Of a stretch of DNA of 64,000 bases, positions 55,088 through 64,000 are shown one piece after another. This stretch comes from a virus, in the IMG/VR virus record IMGVR_UViG_3300033388_006651, positions 32,001 to 96,000 of that record; one strand, 5' to 3'. Every line of letters starts with the position of its first letter. Position 1 is the first letter of the stretch. The notes beneath the pieces are model-generated. The model was not told the origin of the DNA, did no database searches, and saw only the letters and a list, made by a program, of their open reading frames with translations. A program made the position numbers and the translations under genes.

Positions 55088-55312
55088 ATGATTAAGATCG
55101 ACCATACACAGCCGAATGCTGAGAAACTGGTAGGGCGTCTCGCGAACTGGAAGTTCAAGTCAGCCCTCCAGCACCTGGAGGGTCAATCGGACGAAGTCGT
55201 GGAGACGGTGAAGACACTCTCCACCATGTTCAGCAACTCGGGATGGTTTGAGGGCAACATGGGGCATCTAGTTAGTGTGGTCGTTCAGACCCTCGTGGAG
55301 TCCCACGAATGA
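55088..55312 (+). CDS. Small hypothetical protein
   Basis: ORF. Confidence 0.45.
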   Translation: MIKIDHTQPNAEKLVGRLANWKFKSALQHLEGQSDEVVETVKTLSTMFSNSGWFEGNMGHLVSVVVQTLVESHE

Positions 55313-55321
55313 GACAACATC

Positions 55322-56167
55322 ATGGAGAAATTAACTGTAGCAGGCGTGACCCTCGAAGGGTTCGCGCAAGGAGGGTGGCAGACTTCGATCTACTGCCCCG
55401 AAGTGAGAGCGGTTTTTGACGCGGGCTACGCCTTGCGTGCAAACGTAGAGAACTACTTCATCACGCACAGCCATCCCGACCACATCATGGCGCTCCCCTA
55501 CATTGTGGGGCGCCGGGCGGTGTCGGCTGAGCGCAAGAAGATGATCATCCACGTCCCCGAGCAGATTCGGGAACTGACCGCTACGGTGATCCTCGGAAGC
55601 TGTCGCCTCTTCGGCGATCGGTGTCCCGAGGACTTCGTCGAAATCGTCGGGGTCAAGCCCGGCGACTCGATCACGCTCAGCAAGCAGCACAGCGTCCAGG
55701 TGCTGCCTACGGTTCACCGTGGGCCCACCGTGGGTTACGTGGTCATGCAGCACACCCAGAAGCTCAAGCCCGAGTACGAGGGCATTGAGGGGCGTGAGCT
55801 GGGCCGTCTCCGTGGGGAGGGGGTCGAGATCACCGCAGCCCGTGTGTCGCCGATGCTGGCGATCCCTGGTGACACCCAGATCGAGTTCCTGCTCAACAAC
55901 GAGCTGGCTCGAAAGGCCAAGGTCCTCGTTCACGAGGTCACGGTCTGGGACGAGGGGTTCAACAACGTCGAAGGCTGCCGTCGCTACGGCCACACGCACA
56001 TCGCGGAGATGGTCGAGCACGCGCACAAGTTCGAGGGAGAGGCTCTCGTGCTTTGCCACCGCTCTATGCGGTGGACCCGGAAAGAGATCGAGGCGATCGC
56101 TCGTCGTCGGTTCCCAGAAGAGGTGCTCAAGAAGCTCCACTTCTTCGACGGTGGCGATCGCCTGTGA
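55322..56167 (+). CDS. RNase Z-like metallo-beta-lactamase-fold nuclease
   Basis: FDAG, THSHPDH, TVH, KLKPEY exosite, GDT, HE, GHTH. Confidence 0.8.
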   Translation: MEKLTVAGVTLEGFAQGGWQTSIYCPEVRAVFDAGYALRANVENYFITHSHPDHIMALPYIVGRRAVSAERKKMIIHVPEQIRELTATVILGSCRLFGDRCPEDFVEIVGVKPGDSITLSKQHSVQVLPTVHRGPTVGYVVMQHTQKLKPEYEGIEGRELGRLRGEGVEITAARVSPMLAIPGDTQIEFLLNNELARKAKVLVHEVTVWDEGFNNVEGCRRYGHTHIAEMVEHAHKFEGEALVLCHRSMRWTRKEIEAIARRRFPEEVLKKLHFFDGGDRL

Positions 56168-56279
56168 TACCTTGGCGATGATGGCAGGCGCGCTCTGGTT
56201 CCTGTCCATCGCCCCTCTCCCTGACCAAGCTGCGTATCCCTGGCCCGGGGAACGCTAGCCGGGAGAGGGGCCAGGGCGC

Positions 56280-56813
56280 TTACGGGTTGAATTTACCGCC
56301 GGGGAAATCGTAGATCGTCACCGGGATTCCGTGAGTCACGAAATGCTCGTCGATGAGCACTTCGATCCGAGCCCAGGAGCCGCCTGCGAGCCAGCAGCCC
56401 AGCCTGGGCATGTGAATTGAAACATTGCGTTCAGGGTTCTTGAGAGCGTACGCAGCCAGGTATTTGAATCCCTGGCTGATGGCCTTGTAGCGGATGGGGG
56501 GCTCACCGCCTTTGGCGGTACGGATGCCCTGTTGTCCGATGATGTTGGCGACCGCGATGTTCTCTTCAACAGGGACGAGCTGCATCGCCCCGAGGGGAAG
56601 TTTGTTGTCCCATTTCGATGCCCATAGCCGGTACATCTCTTCGGGGCGAGCCCATTGCTTGGAGAGCGACATTACGAATCCGGCGCCCCATGCCCCGATA
56701 CTGTTTGAACAATGTGCGATGATCTTGAGACCGTCACCCTCTGGCGCAGTGGCGTCGCCCTCGACATACATGACGAGGGGGGAGGGGGTCTGCTTTTTCG
56801 CGGCTGCCATCAC
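56280..56813 (-). CDS. Macrodomain protein (second)
   Basis: GDAT, HCSNSIGAWGAGF, MPRLGCWLAGGSW. Confidence 0.85.
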   Translation of the reverse strand: MMAAAKKQTPSPLVMYVEGDATAPEGDGLKIIAHCSNSIGAWGAGFVMSLSKQWARPEEMYRLWASKWDNKLPLGAMQLVPVEENIAVANIIGQQGIRTAKGGEPPIRYKAISQGFKYLAAYALKNPERNVSIHMPRLGCWLAGGSWARIEVLIDEHFVTHGIPVTIYDFPGGKFNP

Positions 56814-56825
56814 CCATTATACGCG

Positions 56826-57818
56826 TCAGCTCAGGGCGAGTTCCCGTTTCTGGGCGTTCTCCGGGATGGAGGCCATTGCACGAAGATCGGCCATTGATCC
56901 CCGGAAGTAGTTGGCGTCCATCTCACCGCTCGTACCGGGCGGTCTTCCGTCTGGACGAGGCTCGTTGTTGGCGTGCTGGTGGATCACCCAGTCCCAGCCG
57001 GGGATCTCCCCAGTGGGTTCCTCGTAGATCCCTTTGTAGCCAGAGACGATCCACAGCGGGCACTGCGACAGCGACATCGTCTTGGCCAGCCTGTATTTCC
57101 AGAAGTTCGGCCCGGTGTAAACGATGGGCCAGACCCCAAGTTCGTCCTTGATGTACTGGATGAACGCCTCACAGAAGACGACCACGTCGTTGGCTTTCAC
57201 GCCGGCCTTGGTCGCGCGATCGTCCCACTCGATGTCCAACACGGGCGGCAGCATCCCGGGCAGGATCTCTCGGCCGTAGTGATCCAGGAACCATTCGGCT
57301 TCGTTGCGGCCATCCTCGGCGAACCCTTTTTCGCCGTCGCTGTTCTTGAGGGAGACTCGAGCGAAGTGGTAGGCGCTCCAGATCTTGCCGGCCGCGATCG
57401 CCTTCTCCTTGTTCTCAGCGAAACGGGGATCGGCGTAGCCTTCGCCTTTCTTGTCCTTGCCGCCTTCCGTGGCCTTGAGGATGACGAAGGGGAAATCGAC
57501 CATCCTTTCGTGATCGACGGGCCCTTGATGTTTGGCGACATCGTAACCAAGCACGTCGTCGCGCTCGGTGAAGGCCGTCTCCCAGAGTTTGTGCGCTAGA
57601 CGGAGGACCTCTGGCTCAGGGGCTTTGGGTTCTGGGAGTTCGGCGCCCTCGTTCGTCCACTTCGTGTTCTCAATGTGGAGTTCCTCGGTGGGTTTCCCTT
57701 TGGGAGCACCGTCCCGTGGAGGGTTCGAGAAGAACCCCAGGATACGCGCAATGAGGTCCGCGAAAGAGAACACGGGGACTTTGTCACCGTGCATCTGGTC
57801 CCTGATTTCAACTTCCAC
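56826..57818 (-). CDS. GH25 lysozyme
   Basis: DVAKHQ, KATEG, AYHF, LDIE, IVYT. Confidence 0.85.
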   Translation of the reverse strand: MEVEIRDQMHGDKVPVFSFADLIARILGFFSNPPRDGAPKGKPTEELHIENTKWTNEGAELPEPKAPEPEVLRLAHKLWETAFTERDDVLGYDVAKHQGPVDHERMVDFPFVILKATEGGKDKKGEGYADPRFAENKEKAIAAGKIWSAYHFARVSLKNSDGEKGFAEDGRNEAEWFLDHYGREILPGMLPPVLDIEWDDRATKAGVKANDVVVFCEAFIQYIKDELGVWPIVYTGPNFWKYRLAKTMSLSQCPLWIVSGYKGIYEEPTGEIPGWDWVIHQHANNEPRPDGRPPGTSGEMDANYFRGSMADLRAMASIPENAQKRELALS

Positions 57819-57859
57819 ATAAAGGGGCCATCGATAGGGAGGCTATCGCGACCCCCTCG

Positions 57860-58897
57860 GTGATGGCTGAGATGATCCAGGGACTCGATGTAGCTCACCA
57901 CCAGGGCAACGTAGATTTCGCGGAAGTCGCCGGTGATGGTTTCCGCTTCTGTGTGTGCAAGGCGACGGAGGGGGCCGACTACGAGGACCCGAAGTTTCGT
58001 GAAAACATGCGGAAGATCGCGGAGCTGCGTGTGGTCGATCCGTCCTTTTTCGGGGGCGCGTACCACTTCGCTCGACCGGACAACCGCACCGGCCGTGCTG
58101 GCGGTGAAACCGAAGGTCGCTGGTTCTCCCAGATTCTCAACGAGGTGTCGGCCGAGTACGGGTTCTCCATCGAGCATGATTTTCTCGAACCCGCACTCGA
58201 CTTCGAGAAGTACAGCGACTCAAGCGGCACCGACAACATCCCGTGGATCGAAGGGTTCCTCGATGTCCTCAAGAGTGAGACGGGTCGCGACGGGATGATC
58301 TACACGGGACCGAACGTGTGGATGTATGAGGTCAGCAACACGACCCAGTTCAACGACTACCCACTCTGGGAAGTCACTTACAGTTCGCAGGGATCGAACC
58401 CCGATGCCCAACCTCCCCGGATGCCGAAGAACGAACCCGACGAGCCGTACTGGGAGTGGACGTTCTGGCAGTGGAGCGGTGGAGGAGACTATGCCTACTA
58501 CCACCGACAGTTCGGGGACATCGCCGGCATCCCCAGCGGCATCGCGGATGTGAACCGTCTCAACGGAGGTGAAGAGCGGTTGCTGGAGCTCGCCAACGCT
58601 GGCCATTTGCCACCTCCCCCGGTGAACGTGACGTGGCCTCGACCTCCTGAGCAGATCGATCTGAACGATTTGCGTGGTGCGTACTCCGAGTACGTGTCCC
58701 GCGTGCAGGGTCTCCTGCTGGCGCACAAGTACGGACCCAGCGGACTCACCGGTTCCAACGGTTTGCCCGACGGGTTGATGGGCAACAAGACCGAGACCTA
58801 TCTCGAGGACTTCAAAGCGAAGCGTGCCCTGCCAGCCGATACGGTCGTGGACTGGGACACCTGGTGGGCCCTGGCCTACGACAACCTGCGGGCTTAG
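57860..58897 (+). CDS. GH25 lysozyme with C-terminal PG-binding domain
   Basis: DVAHHQ, KATEG, AYHF, LDFE, WQW; DGLMGNKT. Confidence 0.88.
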   Translation: MMAEMIQGLDVAHHQGNVDFAEVAGDGFRFCVCKATEGADYEDPKFRENMRKIAELRVVDPSFFGGAYHFARPDNRTGRAGGETEGRWFSQILNEVSAEYGFSIEHDFLEPALDFEKYSDSSGTDNIPWIEGFLDVLKSETGRDGMIYTGPNVWMYEVSNTTQFNDYPLWEVTYSSQGSNPDAQPPRMPKNEPDEPYWEWTFWQWSGGGDYAYYHRQFGDIAGIPSGIADVNRLNGGEERLLELANAGHLPPPPVNVTWPRPPEQIDLNDLRGAYSEYVSRVQGLLLAHKYGPSGLTGSNGLPDGLMGNKTETYLEDFKAKRALPADTVVDWDTWWALAYDNLRA

Positions 58898-59319
58898 GCG
58901 CCCATCGCTTCACGGACGGCCGCGAGGGCATCCGTGTACGACTTCGTCGTGCCACGTTGCCGCATCTTGGGGTCGGCGGTGTAGTGCCAGGTCGAACCGT
59001 CCCACGCGATGTTCTGACCATGGCGCACGGCGACGGTGCCATCGGTGATCATTTCGCCGTAGACCGTGACGGTCTTGAGGCAGCGGCAGGCGGCTTCCTG
59101 GATCTGGTCTTCGTCGAGTACATCGAGCACTTCACCGAGCTTGGTGTAAACGCGCATCAGTCCTTGGATGGCGTCGTAGTGCGTCAGGTGGAGGGCGTCT
59201 TTGAACGTCAGTCCGGTGATGGCCATCCAGGGTCGGAGTACATCGATGATGGGGACGTTGGTGTCCTCGCGGAGGTTGCCGATTTCGACGATGGCGTCTT
59301 TGAGCGTGATTTGTGACAT
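58894..59319 (-). CDS. Hypothetical protein
   Basis: ORF with an AGGA SD. Confidence 0.55.
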   Translation of the reverse strand: MSQITLKDAIVEIGNLREDTNVPIIDVLRPWMAITGLTFKDALHLTHYDAIQGLMRVYTKLGEVLDVLDEDQIQEAACRCLKTVTVYGEMITDGTVAVRHGQNIAWDGSTWHYTADPKMRQRGTTKSYTDALAAVREAMGA

Positions 59320-59568
59320 GTGGTTTTGTGTCCTGTGTGGGTGAGGTCGAACCCCAAAGCCATGTTACCCACCGAAAAGTGCAGTCAAGTTGCTTTCGCC
59401 TGCATTTCGGGGCTCTCAGGGGCCCTCAGACGCCTCAAGAACCCCGAGGGCGCGTAGGAGGTCCCCGAGGCCCCGCCAACGCCCTCCGGGCCCCTGGTGG
59501 CGACCCTACGGCCGGGGTCTGGGCCTACCGCGCACCGGTAGTCGTCCTATCAGGAGCCCTTTCGTGAG

Positions 59569-60309
59569 ATGCGCATGAAGACTTCGACCTCGCCGGGTGG
59601 CCGCGAAGTGGGTTCTCCGAGTTTCACGAAACGGGAGACGAGCCCCATGGTGTCTGGTTCGATCAGCACGGCGCTTTCGGCCCGGATCATTCGGCTCGCA
59701 CATTCGCGCCCGGAACTGCGCGATGCGCTCCAGCCGCTGCTCTACGTGATCGCGGCCAAGCAGGACTCGGCCAGTTCGGAGCTCCGGCGGAAAGAGCAGA
59801 GGGAGTTCTCCGAACTCTTGAGCTTCGGTCCTCGGTTCGGCGTCATTTCGGCTCACGACGGGAAAGACAGCACCCAGAACCGGATCCGTCGAGCGAAGCT
59901 CATCACGGACCTTTCTCGACTGGGCTACCGGAAAGTGTCACCGATGCGAGGAAACTGGGAGCTGCTCCCGGAAGACTCGTTGATGATCCAGAACATCCGC
60001 CCGCAGGACCTGTTCCAGCTTGGCCGCAAGTACGGCCAGGAGTTTGTGGTGTTCTCTGACGAGCCTGGTCTCGTTGGTTTCTACTACCTGACCGGCGACC
60101 CGAAGACGCGCATCATCGTGGACCCCAAGGGTGACACGACGTTCCGTTCGTTGACGGACATGACGCCTTACTCTCGAGCCCGTGGTCTCGATGTGGAGTT
60201 CGGTTTGCTGTGGTCCCAGGAGTTTCCGTGGGACGGCGGTGATCATCTCGATCGTCGTCGCGTCCGTACCGAGCTCAAGAACCAGGGCCTCCAGAACGTG
60301 ACGCCGTAA
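59569..60309 (+). CDS. Hypothetical protein
   Basis: ORF. Confidence 0.55.
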   Translation: MRMKTSTSPGGREVGSPSFTKRETSPMVSGSISTALSARIIRLAHSRPELRDALQPLLYVIAAKQDSASSELRRKEQREFSELLSFGPRFGVISAHDGKDSTQNRIRRAKLITDLSRLGYRKVSPMRGNWELLPEDSLMIQNIRPQDLFQLGRKYGQEFVVFSDEPGLVGFYYLTGDPKTRIIVDPKGDTTFRSLTDMTPYSRARGLDVEFGLLWSQEFPWDGGDHLDRRRVRTELKNQGLQNVTP

Positions 60310-60747
60310 CCGGTTCGTCAAGTTCTTTGGCGATCAGCTCTTCGAGCTTGTCGAGATCGATCTGGTGAACGTGCAAAGGCACTTGCGAGGAAAGCCATTC
60401 TCGCTTTCGCCAGAAATCCACGATTGCCTTCGCTCGGGAGCGAGGGTTAGAGACAAGGGCGGCGGCAGCCATGGCTCAACCGTACCGATGAGAAGGGGGC
60501 GCGACGGCCGCGAAAAAGTCCAAAGTCTACGAAAACGGGGACTTTGGGAAATTTGTCGGAGCGGCGTCGGGAGATCTCTTACTCCTGTGGATCGGGCACA
60601 GCCTGTTCGTGAAGTTCTGCGACCCGGCTACTGCGCGCCGCTTCTTTGGCTTTGGCCTTGGCGTCTTTTGCCTTCGCCCCATTTTTGCGGGTGATTACGG
60701 GTGGTTCGCTAGCCATCATTCAGGGGAAGCTGATAGGCCCGTTATCG

Positions 60748-61525
60748 TCAGAGTTTCCCTTTTCGGGATCGAGCGACTTCCATCATCGGACTCACGTCCA
60801 CCCACCCGGGCCAGGTGATGATGTCCACGCTCACGAACTCTTTCCACCGTTCGTGCTTGGTGAGATCGTTCCACACCGTCCGGCGCCACGCCCACTTCTG
60901 TGTGCTCACCTCATCGGGCTTGTCGGTGTTGTTCCAGTAGGCGAAGTCCTCGAGCCGTTTGTCGTCGGCCATGAAGTCGAGGAGCCCGCCGAGGTGGCAC
61001 CGACGATCGCAGTAGGGGATGAGGTAGTACTTGCTTCGGTAGACCCGCATGGTGATCGAGGCATCGAGGGCCCACAGGTCCCAGGTGTGTTCGGCCAAGG
61101 TTTTCCCGTACTCCTTGTGCATCCACGAGTCGATATCGAAGGCCCCGGGTTTGTCTCCTTCGACGTGGGTGCGCTTCGACGCTTTGAGTATCTCTTCATC
61201 GCTCACGGCCATCAGATCTTCGAGGCGTTTGAGCTCGGGAGGACAGTGCTCGATGATCCACTCTCGGTAGAGGCTGACCCATTTGGTGGGCACGTCGGTG
61301 TCGGGGTGGTGCTCCTTGAGCCATGCGGCGAAGAGGCGGTTTTCTTCTTCGACCTTGAGCCATGCGTCGCTTGAGCGGCCGTCGAGAATGTCGTGGAAGG
61401 TCTTGGAAGGTCTTGGCGAGGCGCTCTTTGGCAGCGTCCTGACCCTGCCGTTTGAGATCCCAGAGCAGCTCGTAGGGATCAACCCCCTTGGCGACCCGAT
61501 ATGCCTCGTAGATCTTGATACTCAC
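60748..61525 (-). pseudogene. Hypothetical gene frameshifted by a 10-nt tandem duplication
   Basis: AAGACCTTCC twice at 61395-61414; removing one copy joins ..ERLAKTF to HDILDG.. Confidence 0.7.
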
Positions 61526-61688
61526 ACCCCTTGTACGCTTTCGTGAAAAGTTGGGATCCGTTTGTGTAAAAAGTTCGCCCCCTCCGTGCACAGGGTGAGA
61601 CCAAGATGGCCACCACGTATCCGCGAATCGCGCACATCCTTTGGAGTCCGGGTGAGTCACATGATCCCCAGGTCTTTTTGGAGCACCT

Positions 61689-62465
61689 ATGAACCGCATC
61701 ACCAACGGCACCGACCTCATGAACCTTCTGGAGAGCATCAAGATGGTCGGCACCCGCTTGGCCGAGTGGGACTTCCGATGGGCGATGCAGGAACTCAAGA
61801 CCGGCGATGTTGACGGCTGGCTCGTGCAGTGTTCGTTCGAGCGCCCGGATGTCAACGGAGAGTTTACCGAGCAGGGGCTCGGCTATGGCCGCGAGTGGTT
61901 CATCGCCAACGGGGCGCCGGACACCGGCGTGGTGTTCACGGCCTGGGAGGCGATGAAATTCATCGTCTTCCATGAGCTCCACGAGGCGTTTACTGTGGTG
62001 ATCGATGGGAAGCGCGTGCGCCTCCTGGACCCCCACAAAGAGCTGACCGACTTGGCTGTTGGGAGCCGTTATGTCGGGGGGGAGATCGAAGGACGGTTTC
62101 CGGCAAAGATCGAAGGACAGTTTCTGGCAGCCCGTGAAGACAAACCGTTCTCTCCTGAGAACTGGGTCCTCAAGTCCGAAGACAAGAAAGAGACCTCTTG
62201 GAGTCTCTGTGGCTCCAGCGACGGCGGCTTCCTCATGATCTTCGGGCTGAACCGCGAGGCCGGGGACTGGCTCCTCAACCTCGACGGCCCACAGCCCAAA
62301 GGCCCGTGGCGGATCGAAGGCAACATGGGCAACTACCTGTTGATCGGAACCGACGACGAGAAACTTGGTTGGGGTGTTCAGCCGGATCTCGCCCGCTGGA
62401 TGGTCCGCCACAAGCTGGCCACGAGCACGGACTCTTACCTGACCCGAGAAAAAACTACATCATGA
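61689..62465 (+). CDS. Hypothetical protein
   Basis: GGAG SD. Confidence 0.6.
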   Translation: MNRITNGTDLMNLLESIKMVGTRLAEWDFRWAMQELKTGDVDGWLVQCSFERPDVNGEFTEQGLGYGREWFIANGAPDTGVVFTAWEAMKFIVFHELHEAFTVVIDGKRVRLLDPHKELTDLAVGSRYVGGEIEGRFPAKIEGQFLAAREDKPFSPENWVLKSEDKKETSWSLCGSSDGGFLMIFGLNREAGDWLLNLDGPQPKGPWRIEGNMGNYLLIGTDDEKLGWGVQPDLARWMVRHKLATSTDSYLTREKTTS

Positions 62466-62647
62466 AGATCAAATACATAGATTTTGAAGGCGTCGAGCGC
62501 GAGGTGGAAGCGAAAGTATCCGTGGACCTCGAGAGCGGCCACATCAACAGCAAACTCGACTGGGAAGAGCAGAAGCTGGTCCTTCGCGTCGGCGGCAGTG
62601 TCATTGGACGCAAGAGCCTCTGCTACCGGGAAGTAGAACGAAAATGA
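62462..62647 (+). CDS. Small hypothetical protein
   Basis: ATGA overlaps. Confidence 0.5.
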   Translation: MKIKYIDFEGVEREVEAKVSVDLESGHINSKLDWEEQKLVLRVGGSVIGRKSLCYREVERK

Positions 62648-63723
62648 GTGATCGAAAACGAGAAGCCATCGCCGCCCTAGCCCTCGAACATTCCCGCGAG
62701 ATGCAGGAACTCACCGGGGACAGCAAGACCGAAGCCAGGGCTGCGTTCCTCGAACTCTACACCTGGACTCCCGAGTGGATGGACAACGAGCCCCTAGCGA
62801 AGCGTTTGAAAAAGGCGTACCACGCCAACGGAGCTGAGAAAGGCGAACTGCCGCCGTTCCTTTGCAACCTCGCGGTGTTCGAGATGCTCGGCAAGGATCA
62901 GTCGCGGACGTTCGGTGCCATGCTGCGGATTCTCGCTGAGGCCATCGGTATTACCAGCGACGACATGCGCAAGGCCATGCGTGACAGTGACCGGAGCGAA
63001 GAGGAAGTCGCGGAGAGGGAGATCACCAAAGAGACCCCTCTGTCCGCCGAGGATTTTGACGCCATCGAGTTGACCCTCCGGAAAGATGGCAGTTACCTAT
63101 TCGACGGTAACGACGGCCGACAGAAGATGCAGCGCGTCTTCCGAGCCCTCAACGCGACGCGAGCCATCTATGATGCTCCGCACGATCCAGACTGGGAGTA
63201 TTTCAGTGTCAAGCCCAAGGACCTGCGCATCGGTGACGAGATCGTTCGCCGTGGCCAGTGGAACCAAGTGCTCGGATTCTTCCTGCACGAGGAGGACAAG
63301 CGTTGGACCGACAAGGGCATGACCTTCTCGGAGGTCCCTGTGGGGTCCGAGGAACTCGACTGGAATGATGAGCCCAAGGAGTACTTCGTGAAGACCGCAT
63401 GGGGCAGCGACTCCGGCGAGAATTTCAAGGGCCAAGAGAAAATTGCTATCCGTCGCCGCAAAAGTGTGGGGGCCCCTCCGGCTAAGTCAGAAGCACCCAA
63501 AAAGACGCGGGCCAAGAAGTACCATGAGAAGCGTGGGCCAAACGGAAGACCGGAGGCCACCAAGAAGAAGACCACCAAGAAGAAGACCACCAAGAAGAAG
63601 ACCACCAAGAAGAAGGGCGCCAGTAAGAAGACCACCAAGAAGAAGGGCGCCCGTAAGAAGAAAAGCGCCCGCAAGAAGACCTCCAAAAAGAAGGCCACCA
63701 AGAACCGAAGGAGCGCAGCATGA
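62644..63723 (+). CDS. Hypothetical protein with a histone-H1-like Lys-rich tail
   Basis: KKKTT repeats at about 63560-63700. Confidence 0.65.
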   Translation: MSDRKREAIAALALEHSREMQELTGDSKTEARAAFLELYTWTPEWMDNEPLAKRLKKAYHANGAEKGELPPFLCNLAVFEMLGKDQSRTFGAMLRILAEAIGITSDDMRKAMRDSDRSEEEVAEREITKETPLSAEDFDAIELTLRKDGSYLFDGNDGRQKMQRVFRALNATRAIYDAPHDPDWEYFSVKPKDLRIGDEIVRRGQWNQVLGFFLHEEDKRWTDKGMTFSEVPVGSEELDWNDEPKEYFVKTAWGSDSGENFKGQEKIAIRRRKSVGAPPAKSEAPKKTRAKKYHEKRGPNGRPEATKKKTTKKKTTKKKTTKKKGASKKTTKKKGARKKKSARKKTSKKKATKNRRSAA

Positions 63724-64000
63724 ACGAGAGCATCAAAGTTGAAGACCACACCAAGCACCCCCCCATCCTTGACGTTCGTCTGGATGGGGAGAAGACGGTT
63801 GTCATCGTCGATGTGCAGCAGATGTTCCGGAACATTTTTCCGGACGGCAGCACGAACGGGGACCCTGGTGTCTGGGGCGTCATCCTGGCGGACACGGTGC
63901 GGCACCTTGCACGAGCGCACCGTCAGGCTCTGGTGCGGCTTTCGGAGGGCGGCGGTGGCCCGATACCCCCTCCCGAGGAAGCCATCCTCGACCGGATCAT
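63720..64000 (+). CDS. Partial hypothetical protein (DUF5076-like)
   Basis: PGVWGVILADTVRHLARA; runs off the window. Confidence 0.45.
   Translation, partial: MNESIKVEDHTKHPPILDVRLDGEKTVVIVDVQQMFRNIFPDGSTNGDPGVWGVILADTVRHLARAHRQALVRLSEGGGGPIPPPEEAILDRI

Noticed and set aside
59400-59530. GC-rich intergenic stretch as an origin or ncRNA
   Set aside because: Only weak imperfect repeats are present, with no supportable structure.
63190-63260. Intein or Hint domain in 62644 (KDLRIGD)
   Set aside because: There is no N-terminal Cys block and no terminal Asn motif.
1-64000. Stop-codon reassignment (release factor plus many tRNAs)
   Set aside because: Long genes are intact in code 11, all three stops are used with tight overlaps, and no clear suppressor tRNA was found.

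Overview
This window looks like part of a large, GC-rich (about 60%) jumbo-phage-like genome; the host cannot be determined from the sequence. 1-31 kb is a replication and modification block: an SNF2 helicase with two inteins, several N4/N6 DNA methyltransferases (one split, intein-bearing and frame-interrupted), a DnaB helicase, an NAD-dependent ligase, a primase Zn-finger, a family-A polymerase and free-standing homing endonucleases. 31-55 kb is a translation and RNA block: a release factor with a prfB-type +1 frameshift, about 20 tRNA genes grouped by amino acid, a Ro60/TROVE-like vWA protein operon with ubiquitin-like parts (JAB, Ubl, E1, possible E2), macrodomains, RNase Z, endonuclease V, a vanadium haloperoxidase and a thaumatin-like lipoprotein. 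Two GH25 lysozymes follow. Two candidate novel systems stand out. (1) Seven RNAs carry one conserved bipartite module (P1 helix / CACUC internal loop / 3-4 bp P2 / U(C)ACAAGC); six of them join it to a linear, enclosed or circularly permuted tRNA scaffold, and six lie in their own promoter-to-terminator unit just downstream of the Ro60-like/Ubl operon. (2) Short leader ORFs rich in the cognate codon (Lys, Thr, Asp, Ile) sit directly in front of the matching tRNA groups, suggesting amino-acid-sensing control of phage tRNA supply. All calls come from manual motif reading; no database searches were run.
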